Below, one piece after another: positions 9,099 to 19,469 of a DNA stretch of 64,000 nt. This DNA comes from a virus. The translations under genes and the position numbers were made by a program. Below the pieces are notes generated by a model, which saw only the letters and a list, made by a program, of their open reading frames with translations, was not told the origin of the DNA and did not search any database. Position 1 is the stretch's first letter. Each line of letters begins with the position of its first letter. The stretch is taken from the IMG/VR virus record IMGVR_UViG_3300049783_000824, positions 9,687 through 73,686 of that record. One strand, written 5' to 3'.

Positions 9099-10589
9099 AT
9101 GGCTAATAATAAACAACAAAAATTAATGATTCAGGATATGCTATCTTCATTAGATGTGTATGTCCGAACCGCTGGCATTCTACAACCAGCATATTTCGAT
9201 GCAGGTTACGAACCAATTGTAAAATATATCCACGACTACTACGGTAAGTATAAGGCAACTCCCAGCATAGACCAATTGGATGCAAAATTCGATATAGAAT
9301 TGGAAGAAACAAAGAAGATAACACGTGATCGGATAGAATATACCTGCGATGAGATAGAAAAGTTCTGCAGAGAAACAGCGGTTAAAGATGCATTTTATGA
9401 ATCTCTTCAAGATATTGAAGATGATAATATGTCTATAGTTTTAGAAAGGGTGTCAACAGCTGTAAAAATATCCCTACAAAAAGATACGGGTCTTGATGTA
9501 TATGAAAATCCAGAGGAAACTCTTAACTCACTCATAGAACTATTTACTCCAATCCCAACCGGAATAGAAGGAATAGATGGGCCACTTGGTGGTGGGCTAG
9601 TTCGTAAGCAATTTACCCTATTCTCTGCCAACTCAGGTGGTGGTAAATCACTTATGTTGGCAAATATAGGCCGCAACTACTCAGCTAGAGGTCTAAATGT
9701 ATTATACATAACATTAGAATTGGCTGAAGAGATGGTATATTTAAGAAACGCATCTATCATTTCTGGAATAGATGCTGCCATATGGAAGAATCACATACCT
9801 GAAATTGCAGCAAAGATAATAGAGAGTGATCCGAGGACAGGTGGTGGTTCGTACATCCTTAAACGGTTACCACAACAATCAAATGCATCTGACATGAGGG
9901 CGTATCTGGCACACTATGAGGCCGAGTACGGGTGTGTGCCAGATGTAATGCTTGTGGACTATATCGACCTAATGGCACCCAACCGTGGAATCAGCAGTGT
10001 TGGTATATTTGAACAGGATAAACAAAAGGCAGAAGAACTAAACGAAATATTCTTTGAGTTTGATATGATTGGAATATCCGCATCCCAGCAAAATAGAGAT
10101 GCAATTAGCATAGGAACACCAAACCAATCTATTATTGCAGGTGGTATATCTAAGGTAAATACAGTCGATAATTATATTTCAATATTCATGGATGACATTA
10201 TGCGCCTTGAGGGTATAATGAATATATATTTCCTAAAAACTAGATCTAGCCGTGGGGTTGGTCATTGTTCACTATTAGACTTTAACCCATTAAACTTAAG
10301 AATTGGTGACCCAAAGGGTAATGTCAATAGGGGTGTTATGCCTGCTGGCCGCAAGGCAACCATATCCAATATACTTGATGATATTAATGGAGAAGCAAAG
10401 CCTAAGCAACCAACCGACGTAAACATTGACCTTAAGGGGTTACCGGGGCTAGAAGATGATGACACTGCTGGAACGGTTTCTAATGCACCAGAAGAGCTAT
10501 TTGACTCTGTGCCACCAACGTTGCCTAAATCTAAGGTTACTGAAGAAAAGTCTAAGAATTTAATGGAATTGATGACAAGTTTACAATAA
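9099..10589 (+). CDS. gp41: Replicative DnaB-like helicase (gp41)
   Basis: Walker A ANSGGGKS, YITLEL, VDYIDLM, ASQQNR, KTR. Confidence 0.92.
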   Translation: MANNKQQKLMIQDMLSSLDVYVRTAGILQPAYFDAGYEPIVKYIHDYYGKYKATPSIDQLDAKFDIELEETKKITRDRIEYTCDEIEKFCRETAVKDAFYESLQDIEDDNMSIVLERVSTAVKISLQKDTGLDVYENPEETLNSLIELFTPIPTGIEGIDGPLGGGLVRKQFTLFSANSGGGKSLMLANIGRNYSARGLNVLYITLELAEEMVYLRNASIISGIDAAIWKNHIPEIAAKIIESDPRTGGGSYILKRLPQQSNASDMRAYLAHYEAEYGCVPDVMLVDYIDLMAPNRGISSVGIFEQDKQKAEELNEIFFEFDMIGISASQQNRDAISIGTPNQSIIAGGISKVNTVDNYISIFMDDIMRLEGIMNIYFLKTRSSRGVGHCSLLDFNPLNLRIGDPKGNVNRGVMPAGRKATISNILDDINGEAKPKQPTDVNIDLKGLPGLEDDDTAGTVSNAPEELFDSVPPTLPKSKVTEEKSKNLMELMTSLQ

Positions 10590-10882
10590 TGGAGAAAGTT
10601 ATGATAGAATCGGATAAAGTAAAAACAGTTACTGTTAACGGTGAGGGTGGGAAAGAAGTTACCCTATATCTCCCTGAGATGGAGACTGACCCCGTGCTGA
10701 AAGATGCAATTGCACAATATGATGAAATTGTATCAGAGGCCACAAATATTGAATTCCAAAGAAATAAGATTAATATTGCACTATCAGCAATGAGGTCTAG
10801 GGTGTACGAGTGTGCTCTAGACTTTTATAAAAGAACGAGAACCAACACTACTGAGGAGTCAGAAAATGCCGACAATAGTTAA
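10589..10882 (+). CDS. Hypothetical protein
   Basis: Translationally coupled to the helicase (TAATG overlap). Confidence 0.6.
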   Translation: MEKVMIESDKVKTVTVNGEGGKEVTLYLPEMETDPVLKDAIAQYDEIVSEATNIEFQRNKINIALSAMRSRVYECALDFYKRTRTNTTEESENADNS

Positions 10883-11108
10883 CTGTGTAAATAGGGCCGA
10901 TAATGTTGAAATGTGCCCATGCCAACTTAAAATATATAAAGATAATGATTATGATCTTGAATCATGCGGAGATATAGAAAATATTCAATGCCTAATTCTA
11001 AACTTACCTAGGCTTGTGGATTTTGGTGAAGAGTATGAAAAATATGTAGACTGTAAGAAAGCTGAGATACTTTCATATCATTCTTGGTATGAACATACCT
11101 ACGGGTGA
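10866..11108 (+). CDS. Hypothetical Cys-containing protein
   Basis: GAGGAG SD, overlapping the previous ORF. Confidence 0.55.
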   Translation: MPTIVNCVNRADNVEMCPCQLKIYKDNDYDLESCGDIENIQCLILNLPRLVDFGEEYEKYVDCKKAEILSYHSWYEHTYG

Positions 11109-11126
11109 CATAAAGGATTGCTATAG

Positions 11127-11134
11127 TATAAATA
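11127..11134 (+). promoter_or_regulatory. T4-type late promoter TATAAATA
   Basis: Exact consensus upstream of the terminase small subunit. Confidence 0.8.
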
Positions 11135-11162
11135 CCAATACAAACACAGTTAAGGTATTTAA

Positions 11163-11618
11163 ATGAGCAATAATGATAATAAGGTTACCAAAGTAATTGA
11201 TCACCCATTGGAAGAGTTCTTTGGTATTGAACGGGGTTCAACTGAAGTCCAAGTATTCGAACGTAAGAATGAAGCTGTTAAATCAGAATATTACGATGAT
11301 AAGGACAAAGAGATAGATGATCAGTTTCAGGAAATTTATGATAGTGCTATGGATGGCTACGATGAGCTTGCAGAGGAGCTTCATAAGGTTGAGGGCAGAT
11401 ACAAGGCTCGTGTAGGTGAAGTGTCTGTACAGCATCTGAACGCAGCATTAAACGCAGCATCACATAAAGCAAGACTAAAGGAACATAAAGATAAATTGGA
11501 ATCTAAATTAAAATCTGGACCATCAAGTGTAACAACTAATAACACCTTAGTGGTGGACGATAGAAGTGCGCTATTAGAACAGTTGCGAAAAAGCATGGCT
11601 GGTGGTTCAGATGAGTAG
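11163..11618 (+). CDS. Terminase small subunit (gp16-like)
   Basis: Helical core with R..EV, C-terminal TNNTLVVDDRSALL, late promoter, upstream of TerL. Confidence 0.65.
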   Translation: MSNNDNKVTKVIDHPLEEFFGIERGSTEVQVFERKNEAVKSEYYDDKDKEIDDQFQEIYDSAMDGYDELAEELHKVEGRYKARVGEVSVQHLNAALNAASHKARLKEHKDKLESKLKSGPSSVTTNNTLVVDDRSALLEQLRKSMAGGSDE

Positions 11619-12696
11619 TTTCCTAACAGAGGGGCGTAAACCAGAAACACAAGGTGTTCGTAATGAAGTTGCAAACTTTGTTTTGGCTTATTGCATAACA
11701 GCAATGTTTTTAATAAAGAACCAAAACAATGAATTAAAGCCCATACACTTTTTTACTTTAGCACATGACTATTTTGGTAAGGGTAAAAAAAGTGTAAACT
11801 TTAATAGTATGGAAAGTGCATCATCAACCTACGACCAAATAACCTTGCGTGCTCCAGTTTCAGAAGAAGCAAGGAAGTTTATAAACGAAAAGATATTATC
11901 AAATGAAGAACAAGAATACCACATGGTTAGGTCAATAATCAAATATTTAAATGAAGACCCTAACTTTAATAACTTGGTAGCAACTACAACTAACAATGGA
12001 ATAATAAATCATATTGTAATCGACATAGATAATCTGTCAACATCAGGAGCATCTAGTAGTATACTAATTGATAATGCTAATGTTAATGTTACAAGTACAT
12101 TAATACCAGTATATGACTTCTCAAATAAGATAGGTGGTATTGGTCAGAAAGAACTGGCAAAGGATTATGGCTATGAATGCCAACGAACATTCCTAGAATC
12201 AATGTTTGGTATTGACTTAGGGCATGATTCTGGTGTATACTATCAAGCAGCGCACAATAACGGGAAACCTAGTGTAGCTTCTATGGAAGCAGCAACTAGG
12301 CAAATGTATGATGAGTTTTGTAAGAAACTTAATAGCGGTTTGAGTGGAGCATATGACTCGGCACTTACTGATTTTAAACAAAACTTATTATCGTGTATGG
12401 TTGATAAGTGTTATGGTACGGGTGACATGAGCGATGCATCCTGTTTATTGTTAAGTAATGATAAGGTTGGGTATGAAAGCTTTGTACCGTCACAGCTAAT
12501 TAAATCATTATATAGCGGTACATTGCAAGCGAAATGTCCAAGTCATATCAACCCATCCATACGAATATGCGATGGTGATAAGAACGAACTATTTCAATTG
12601 CGTTTTAAGAAAGAGAAATATAAGGACAATATAACAGGGTATCGTTATAAGATGTACTTTACACCGTCGAAGGTGGGGAAATATTTTACTAACTAA
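11611..12696 (+). CDS. Hypothetical protein, possibly head-packaged (MSSFLTE leader)
   Basis: Long ORF overlapping the TerS stop. Confidence 0.6.
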   Translation: MSSFLTEGRKPETQGVRNEVANFVLAYCITAMFLIKNQNNELKPIHFFTLAHDYFGKGKKSVNFNSMESASSTYDQITLRAPVSEEARKFINEKILSNEEQEYHMVRSIIKYLNEDPNFNNLVATTTNNGIINHIVIDIDNLSTSGASSSILIDNANVNVTSTLIPVYDFSNKIGGIGQKELAKDYGYECQRTFLESMFGIDLGHDSGVYYQAAHNNGKPSVASMEAATRQMYDEFCKKLNSGLSGAYDSALTDFKQNLLSCMVDKCYGTGDMSDASCLLLSNDKVGYESFVPSQLIKSLYSGTLQAKCPSHINPSIRICDGDKNELFQLRFKKEKYKDNITGYRYKMYFTPSKVGKYFTN

Positions 12697-12707
12697 AGGG
12701 AATATAG

Positions 12708-14408
12708 ATGAGCAATAGTGACGACAACAGTAACACGGCTTTTATAGCCAAGTACAAAGCAGCAATAAAGGCAAAATTAAATAGGCAGGAATTCGCAGCG
12801 TATCTTGGGATTAAACCAGATAGTGTTATACGTCGAAGACTAAGCATATATACCGCAACTGGCCTAGACTTGCCACTACTTGAAAACTGTGTAGATTTTG
12901 ATGATACTGTTGCTATTGGCGTAGTTAAGGTTGAAAAATTCGAAGAGTTTTATAAGGATATCCTTTATAAGGATTCTGGCCCAGAAACTATTGATTTAAC
13001 TTCATCATCAGATAAAAAAATATACATTATAACTGCTGCTCAAAATGCAACACCAATACACGAACCATTCTTTGCTGCATTGTTAAAGTATTGTGAATTG
13101 CGCGATGCCGAGTTGATGGTTATCCCCTATCGTTATAAAAACCCAACGTCTTTATGGTCAGATACTAATAAGGGCGGTGAGTGGTGGTTTTCATCATTGG
13201 AACCTTACCTTGTAGACACTAAAGTTAAGATCACTAAATCTCTACAAATGTTGGGTCAGATTAAAACACAACCAACAGCGGTAACCCCACTTTCAGGGTT
13301 CGACGCATTCACTGGTTCTGACTCTGCAATTTTAGGTCACCCTAAGGTTCAGTTAAAAACTATTGCTACCCCAAGCAAACAAATGCCAAAAATTCTAACT
13401 ACAACTGGTGCATGTACTGTTGAAAACTATACGGACAGTAAAGCTGGCCATAAAGGTAGGTTCCACCATAACATAAGTGCATTGGTTGTGGAAGTGGATG
13501 GTGATAAGTTCCACCTGCGCCACGTACATGGCGAAGACGACGGTTCTTTCTATGATCTCCAGTATCACTATACCCCAAGGGGAAGAAGCCTCTACGGGCG
13601 TGTAGCAGCGTTTGTACCGGGAGACATCCATGCCGAATTTGTGGATAAGTCTGTAGAGAGGGCAATGTTTGGTGAGGGTTCTATCTGTGATGTGTTAAAC
13701 CCTGAAACTATAGCATACCATGACATTGAAGATTTCTATAGAAGAAACCACCACCATAATGGTAATGATGTAATTGCATTTGGAAAACACCATTACGGTA
13801 GAAATAATGTAGAAGAAGGTTTACAGATGTCTGCCGACTTTATCGATAGGAATGCACGACCAGATACCATGAACCTTATTGTTAGGGCAAACCACGATGA
13901 GGCATTTGATCGGTGGTTGGCTGATGCAGACCCAAAATATGATCCAGAAAACGCAAGGTTTTATTATTATATGAAATTCCACCAGTTGGATAGTGTAGCT
14001 ATGACCGATACAGGCTTCTCATACATAGATGCGTTTGAATTCTGGTGTAACAATCCACTAGACCAACTTGGAATACAAAAGAACGATAACGTTGTATTTT
14101 TAAAGCGAGATGAAAGCTTTGTAGTCGCTGGCATTGAGATTGGGTTTCACGGTGATAAGGGTATAAATGGTAGTCGTGGTAGTGCACAAGCATTTTCCAA
14201 AATTGGACCTAAGACTATTATTGGACATAGCCACTCACCATCCATCACTGAGGGGTGCTATCAGGTTGGGTTAAGTGCACAGATTAATTTGGAATATGCA
14301 AGTGGCCCATCAAGTTGGTTGCATTCACATTGTGTGGTGTATCCCAATGGCTCACGAGTATTATTAAACGTCATAGATGGTGATTGGCGTGGAATTTATG
14401 ATGAGTAG
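12708..14408 (+). CDS. Calcineurin-like metallophosphoesterase with N-terminal HTH-like region
   Basis: GDIH, HDIED, ANHD, FHGD, GHSH motifs. N-terminal RQEFAAYLGIKPDSVIRRR. Confidence 0.75.
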   Translation: MSNSDDNSNTAFIAKYKAAIKAKLNRQEFAAYLGIKPDSVIRRRLSIYTATGLDLPLLENCVDFDDTVAIGVVKVEKFEEFYKDILYKDSGPETIDLTSSSDKKIYIITAAQNATPIHEPFFAALLKYCELRDAELMVIPYRYKNPTSLWSDTNKGGEWWFSSLEPYLVDTKVKITKSLQMLGQIKTQPTAVTPLSGFDAFTGSDSAILGHPKVQLKTIATPSKQMPKILTTTGACTVENYTDSKAGHKGRFHHNISALVVEVDGDKFHLRHVHGEDDGSFYDLQYHYTPRGRSLYGRVAAFVPGDIHAEFVDKSVERAMFGEGSICDVLNPETIAYHDIEDFYRRNHHHNGNDVIAFGKHHYGRNNVEEGLQMSADFIDRNARPDTMNLIVRANHDEAFDRWLADADPKYDPENARFYYYMKFHQLDSVAMTDTGFSYIDAFEFWCNNPLDQLGIQKNDNVVFLKRDESFVVAGIEIGFHGDKGINGSRGSAQAFSKIGPKTIIGHSHSPSITEGCYQVGLSAQINLEYASGPSSWLHSHCVVYPNGSRVLLNVIDGDWRGIYDE

Positions 14409-14427
14409 TTCGCACTAATATACATCA

Positions 14428-14435
14428 TATAAATA
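14428..14435 (+). promoter_or_regulatory. T4-type late promoter TATAAATA
   Basis: Exact consensus upstream of TerL. Confidence 0.8.
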
Positions 14436-14457
14436 CTATGTATCGAGGATATGTAGT

Positions 14458-15999
14458 ATGCGCAGAGGTAACCCCAATCTTAAAAAAGCCCACCAGACAA
14501 TGGAGGTTACCTATGAGCAGATAGAAGAGTTAAAGAAGTGTATGCGAGATCCTAAGTACTTCATTAGGAGGTACATATACATAAGCCACCCGGTACAAGG
14601 TCGTATAAAGTTTAATTTATATGATTACCAAGAAGATTTAATAGATTCTTACCATAACAATCGATTTAATGTTGTGTTATCAGCACGCCAAACGGGAAAG
14701 ACTGAAACTTCATGTGCTTACATTCTATGGTACACTATATTTAACTCAGATAAAACCGTACTTGTAGTATCTAAGGATGCGGATGCTGCAAAGGAAATCA
14801 TTAAAAAGATACAGGGTATGTATGAAGAGCTTCCACTATGGCTTAAGCCCGGAATACAAGATGATGACTGGAATAAGCACAATGCTGCATTTGATAACAA
14901 TTCAAGAATAGTAGCTAGAACAACCACACCTACTTCTGGTCGTGGTCTAGCTATTTCCCTATTATACTGTGATGAGCTTGCGTTTGTTAAGCCTTATATT
15001 CAAAATGAATTCTGGGATTCAGTATTCCCAACACTGTCTACTGGTGGTTCTTGTATTGTTACATCAACACCAAACGGTGATACAAACTTGTATGCTACAA
15101 TATGGCGTGGTGGTGAGGCAGAGACTAATGGCTTTAAAGCATCTAGGATATACTGGGATCAACCGCCGGGACGAGATGAAGAATTTAAAGAGGATATGAT
15201 ATCTAAACTTGGGGAAAGGAAGTGGCTTCAGGAATTTGAATGTGAATTCATATCATCTGACAACTCACTGTTCGATACTAGGATAATTCAGATAGAACAG
15301 AAGCGATTTGAAAATATGAAACCAGCATTTTCAATGAACGGTGAGCAAGATTTCTTTAAACCATTGTCACAAGATATGATATACTTAGTTGGTGTTGACC
15401 CATCTACCGGCAACGGAAATGATTTCTCAACAATTGAGGTATTTGAATTTCCATCTATGCAACAGGTTATGGAATTCAGGTCAAATACCGTAAGTGAGGT
15501 TGTATTATACTCACATCTAAAGAAAGTGATAGGGTTCTTGGAAAAGTATTCTAATGATGTTTACTTCAGTGTAGAGTCAAATGGTGTAGGTAGGGCACTG
15601 ATAGCATTATACATGCAGGATGAGGCACCACCAATGTACGCACACTTTATGAGTGAAGCTGGTAAGAATAAGATGGGTTACACTACCACCAATACGTCTA
15701 AAAAAGATTGTGCTATAAGATTTAAGAATATGTTTGAGCGTAGGGAGATGACTATATACTCACAAATCCTGTATAATGAAATGAAGGCGTATATCCGCAA
15801 GGGGGAAGGGTTTGAGGCCCAAACGGGAGCAACTGATGACTGTATATCAGCAGTGTACGTTGTAATGCGTATGCTGGATGAGATTGCACTGTATGACCCC
15901 AGAGCATATGACAAATTATATAGGTTTTCAGAGCAGGCAGCGGGTGATGAATGGTATACCGAAGACAATAATGCACCAATACCCGGTGGAATGTTTTAA
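14458..15999 (+). CDS. gp17: Terminase large subunit (gp17)
   Basis: LYDYQ, ARQTGKT, YCDELAF, TSTPNG, QEFECEF, GVDPS.G...DFS, DDCI. Confidence 0.96.
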   Translation: MRRGNPNLKKAHQTMEVTYEQIEELKKCMRDPKYFIRRYIYISHPVQGRIKFNLYDYQEDLIDSYHNNRFNVVLSARQTGKTETSCAYILWYTIFNSDKTVLVVSKDADAAKEIIKKIQGMYEELPLWLKPGIQDDDWNKHNAAFDNNSRIVARTTTPTSGRGLAISLLYCDELAFVKPYIQNEFWDSVFPTLSTGGSCIVTSTPNGDTNLYATIWRGGEAETNGFKASRIYWDQPPGRDEEFKEDMISKLGERKWLQEFECEFISSDNSLFDTRIIQIEQKRFENMKPAFSMNGEQDFFKPLSQDMIYLVGVDPSTGNGNDFSTIEVFEFPSMQQVMEFRSNTVSEVVLYSHLKKVIGFLEKYSNDVYFSVESNGVGRALIALYMQDEAPPMYAHFMSEAGKNKMGYTTTNTSKKDCAIRFKNMFERREMTIYSQILYNEMKAYIRKGEGFEAQTGATDDCISAVYVVMRMLDEIALYDPRAYDKLYRFSEQAAGDEWYTEDNNAPIPGGMF

Positions 16000-16016
16000 G
16001 TTTGATAAATACAGTA

Positions 16017-16544
16017 ATGTGTGATATAATAATACAAGATAGTACATTGATTGAAGCAACTTTAAGTGATTTGCATAACAACACTGTTAGCAATTTTGAT
16101 ACTCCACGACAGACAACTGCCGGTAGAGTACAAGTAACTCAAAAGATTTTCAATGCAATGCCAAGAAATTCTATAGTAGGGGTGACCGCTAAGACTCGCT
16201 CCAGTGCTAAAGAATACGTAACTCGTATGTTGTTTTCTAACATTGAGTACGTAGAAGAGGAAGGTGTAGACACATCTACATTTACTTCTGCTGATGGTAC
16301 TGACTATGTAGTTGGTGCTATGGGTTATCGAGATAACGATGTTAAGGTTGGATGTAACTGTCTTGACTTTTATTATCGTTTTGCTGTATGGAATAGCAAA
16401 GAGGGTAGTCTGCTGGGAAGCGTACCACCACCCTATGTTAAGAAAACAGATAGCGAACCAGCCAACCCCAATCAAGTGTCGGGGATGTGCAAACATCTTA
16501 TCGCACTGACGGATGAGCTAAAAAGAGAAAGATTCTTAAAGTAA
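16017..16544 (+). CDS. SWIM-type zinc finger protein
   Basis: VGCNCLDF...GMCKHL (CxC...CxH). GATAAATA late-like promoter at 16004. Confidence 0.7.
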   Translation: MCDIIIQDSTLIEATLSDLHNNTVSNFDTPRQTTAGRVQVTQKIFNAMPRNSIVGVTAKTRSSAKEYVTRMLFSNIEYVEEEGVDTSTFTSADGTDYVVGAMGYRDNDVKVGCNCLDFYYRFAVWNSKEGSLLGSVPPPYVKKTDSEPANPNQVSGMCKHLIALTDELKRERFLK

Positions 16545-16556
16545 TCATTTAAAGTG

Positions 16557-16584
16557 TTGATAATTATAAGGAGCATCGTATAAT
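16557..16584 (+). promoter_or_regulatory. sigma70-like promoter for the ssb-uvsX operon
   Basis: TTGATA-N16-TATAAT. Confidence 0.6.
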
Positions 16585-16610
16585 GACCCCATTACCGATA
16601 TCCTTCAAGA

Positions 16611-16650
16611 TATATAAAGTAATATAAAGTAATATAAAGTAATATAAAGT
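16611..16650 (+). repeat. 4 x 10-nt tandem repeat (A/T)ATATAAAGT in the ssb leader
   Basis: tatataaagt aatataaagt aatataaagt aatataaagt. Confidence 0.95.
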
Positions 16651-16679
16651 AAACTAAGAAACCTATAAGGAGAAGTAAG

Positions 16680-17714
16680 ATGGCAAGACGTTCATTAAAA
16701 GATCTACGTGAGCACATTAGTAAATCTGCAAATAATGGCAACAACACAGGTGGGCAATTCTATCCACACTGGAAACTACCAAAGGATGGCGAAACCAGAA
16801 TTCGGATCACAGAAGATCCTGATGAAGAGAACCCGTTCATTGCGTACATTGAATACATGGAACACAAACTTGAAGTTGACACTGATCGTGCAAACGCTGA
16901 AAGTGATTGGATTAGAGTACCATGTATTAAAAACTTGGGTAAAAACCACAACTGTCCACTATGTGAACATTCAAGCAAGCTGTATAAGGCAAAAGATGAG
17001 GATGCTGGTAAGTACTTTTACCGCGAATTATTTGCTCTTCTTCGTGGTGTTGTTGTAGAAGATGGCCTTGAGTATGCAGAAGGTGAAGAAACTCAAACGG
17101 GTAAAGAGCTAGTATTCAAATTCAGCTACCAGTTGAGCAATGCACTTAAAAGCGAGATGGGAAAGCTAGATGATGACGATATGTTTTGGGATTTGGAAGA
17201 AGGCATAGACTTTATTATCCAAAAGAAAATGGTTAAGGGTAAAGGCGATAAGGAATATGGGAAGTATGACGTTGGTAGCAGCTTTGCTAGACGACCAAGT
17301 GACGTTTCTCAATATAAGAATGCTGTTACTGATCAACCATTGTCGGCTCTTATCCCAGAAATCCCATCATATGATGAGGCAGCTGCTGCACTAGCTAGAC
17401 ACTTTAAGTTTAAGTCTGGTGGTGCTGGCCAATCATCTGGCGATGACGATGACGATAACTCAACCAGCGAAGACGAATTGATGGCACAAATCAACCGTAA
17501 GCGCCGGGATAAGAAGAAAGTTGTAGAAGAGGAAGCACCCGTGAAGGCTGCTAAATCTAAAGTGGTCGAAGACGAGAAAGATGAAGAGGATTTTGATGAC
17601 ATCCCTTTTGATAAAGAAGATGCTGATGATTCCGATGACAGCATTTTAGATTCTCTTCGTGACGATGACGATGATGATGACGATGATGATATCCTTTCTC
17701 AACTGAAAGGGTAA
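16680..17714 (+). CDS. gp32: Single-stranded DNA-binding protein (gp32)
   Basis: Basic N-terminus, H...C...CPLC zinc site, WDLEEG.DF, very acidic C-terminal tail. Confidence 0.88.
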   Translation: MARRSLKDLREHISKSANNGNNTGGQFYPHWKLPKDGETRIRITEDPDEENPFIAYIEYMEHKLEVDTDRANAESDWIRVPCIKNLGKNHNCPLCEHSSKLYKAKDEDAGKYFYRELFALLRGVVVEDGLEYAEGEETQTGKELVFKFSYQLSNALKSEMGKLDDDDMFWDLEEGIDFIIQKKMVKGKGDKEYGKYDVGSSFARRPSDVSQYKNAVTDQPLSALIPEIPSYDEAAAALARHFKFKSGGAGQSSGDDDDDNSTSEDELMAQINRKRRDKKKVVEEEAPVKAAKSKVVEDEKDEEDFDDIPFDKEDADDSDDSILDSLRDDDDDDDDDDILSQLKG

Positions 17715-17732
17715 AATCTAGTCGGAAACCAT

Positions 17733-17760
17733 ATGGGTGTGGTGTAAAAGCCACACTCAT
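17733..17760 (+). terminator. Stem-loop between ssb and uvsX (weak terminator or RNA stability element)
   Basis: atgggtgtgg-tgtaaaag-ccacactcat, with a poor U tract. Confidence 0.5.
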
Positions 17761-17795
17761 TCTATATCATAAATCTTATAAGGAGAATAATACTA

Positions 17796-18902
17796 ATGTC
17801 ATCATTTATGGAAAAATATAAAAAGAACTTGGCCAAGCAAGATGGCCTTAATTTAGAACTACTACCCCCAACATATTTCTTAAACACTGGCAACTATGCC
17901 TTGAATAAGCTTATGACTGGCGACTTTGAAGGTGGAATTCCACAGGGAAGACTGGCATGCTTCTCAGGACATTCTAGCTCTGGTAAGAGTTTGGTAGCTG
18001 CCAGCACCATTGCCCAAATCATCAAGGATGGTGGATATGGTTTTGTTATAGATTCGGAAACCTCTCTGGACTCTGCGTTTATGACAAACTGTGGTGTTGA
18101 TGTTGACAGCCCCAACTATCAGTATATTGGTGTTGATGGAATTCCACAAGCAACTGCACAAGTTAATAACATACTTAAAATGTATCGAGAAACAGGTGAA
18201 ACCACACGTGGTCTTATCGTAGTCGATTCGCTTGATATGTTATTAACTGATACTGAACAGAAGCGATTGGATTCTAAGGGAGATATCGGTGGTGACCAAG
18301 GACAACAGGCCAAGCAACTGAAGGCCACACTTAAGACTTGGGTACACTCACTCAACAATCTACCTGTAAGCATCATATGCACTAAACAGCCATACGTTGA
18401 GCAAGACCCAATTAAGGCACTTGAGAACCCATGGAAAATTACGGAATCTTTGAAGTTTGCATTCAGCCAAATCATTATGTTTGAAAAACTGCAATTCAAA
18501 AAAGAAGAGAATGGTAAAAAATCTCATAGGGGATTTACCCTTAAGAGCGTATCATACAAAAACCGTATTGGTCGTGAAAAGCAAGTTGTTAAGATTGAAA
18601 TTCCTTTTGATCATGGTGTTGAGCCATTCTCAGGGTTAATTGAGATTGCAACTGAGTTTGGTATCATCAGTAAAAATGGTGGGTGGTATACACCAGTAGC
18701 ATTTGAAGGTCCAAAGTTCCAGCAGGGTAAAGCCGAAGGGGATATCGACTTCATGAACGTGTTATTAGAGCAGATTAAATCTGTCAATAATAAGGACATG
18801 GAAGTAAATGCAGCACTTGATGACTACGTAAGTGAATCTGAAAAAGGTGAACCAACACGTAAAGCACGCGCAGCACGCAATGTTCCACCGGGTGATGAGT
18901 AA
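17796..18902 (+). CDS. uvsX: RecA-like recombinase UvsX
   Basis: TGNYALN...GGIPQGR, GHSSSGKS, IDSE, VVDSL, KNR. Confidence 0.93.
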   Translation: MSSFMEKYKKNLAKQDGLNLELLPPTYFLNTGNYALNKLMTGDFEGGIPQGRLACFSGHSSSGKSLVAASTIAQIIKDGGYGFVIDSETSLDSAFMTNCGVDVDSPNYQYIGVDGIPQATAQVNNILKMYRETGETTRGLIVVDSLDMLLTDTEQKRLDSKGDIGGDQGQQAKQLKATLKTWVHSLNNLPVSIICTKQPYVEQDPIKALENPWKITESLKFAFSQIIMFEKLQFKKEENGKKSHRGFTLKSVSYKNRIGREKQVVKIEIPFDHGVEPFSGLIEIATEFGIISKNGGWYTPVAFEGPKFQQGKAEGDIDFMNVLLEQIKSVNNKDMEVNAALDDYVSESEKGEPTRKARAARNVPPGDE

Positions 18903-19469
18903 ATGTCTGTTAAGAAAATGCTGGACGCCAAGGATGAGTTTGAATTACAAATCCTTAGTAACTATAAAAATATCCTAGACGATGTTTTTAAGTTCACTTA
19001 TAAAGTTGATGGGCGAGTTAACTGGGAGAGAATCACTAGATTCTCCCCCAGTAGTAACTTTGTATCCGTTAGCGGAATAGCTGAGTTACCAGATGATTAT
19101 GTTATAGTAGACGAGAATGATAAGGAAACACAAATGCCCGTGAACTTTATTATCCCTATAGTAGCATTGGATGATGGTTCAACTGCAAGTGATATATCAA
19201 AGCACGCTCAGCGTATAGGTACATTCCGGGCAATATTGGGTAATGATGTGGATGCCTACTTTGATATACTTACTGATGCCGAATCAACTATGGATGATGT
19301 TAATAGAATTGTAAATAAATATGACGCTTCTGAGGATGTACCATTATCTGCAAAAATTGTACCTATTTTTACCAAAGATACACCAATTCTAGTGGGCTTT
19401 GACATGGATGAACTTACGGATGAGCAATTAACATCATTAGCCCTACATACTGAAATATCAAAACAATGA
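18903..19469 (+). CDS. Hypothetical protein
   Basis: In the operon, abuts the uvsX stop. Confidence 0.6.
   Translation: MSVKKMLDAKDEFELQILSNYKNILDDVFKFTYKVDGRVNWERITRFSPSSNFVSVSGIAELPDDYVIVDENDKETQMPVNFIIPIVALDDGSTASDISKHAQRIGTFRAILGNDVDAYFDILTDAESTMDDVNRIVNKYDASEDVPLSAKIVPIFTKDTPILVGFDMDELTDEQLTSLALHTEISKQ

Noticed and set aside
16611-16650. CRISPR array or mini-array
   Set aside because: The repeats are 10 nt, directly abutting, with no spacers, and there are no cas genes in the window.
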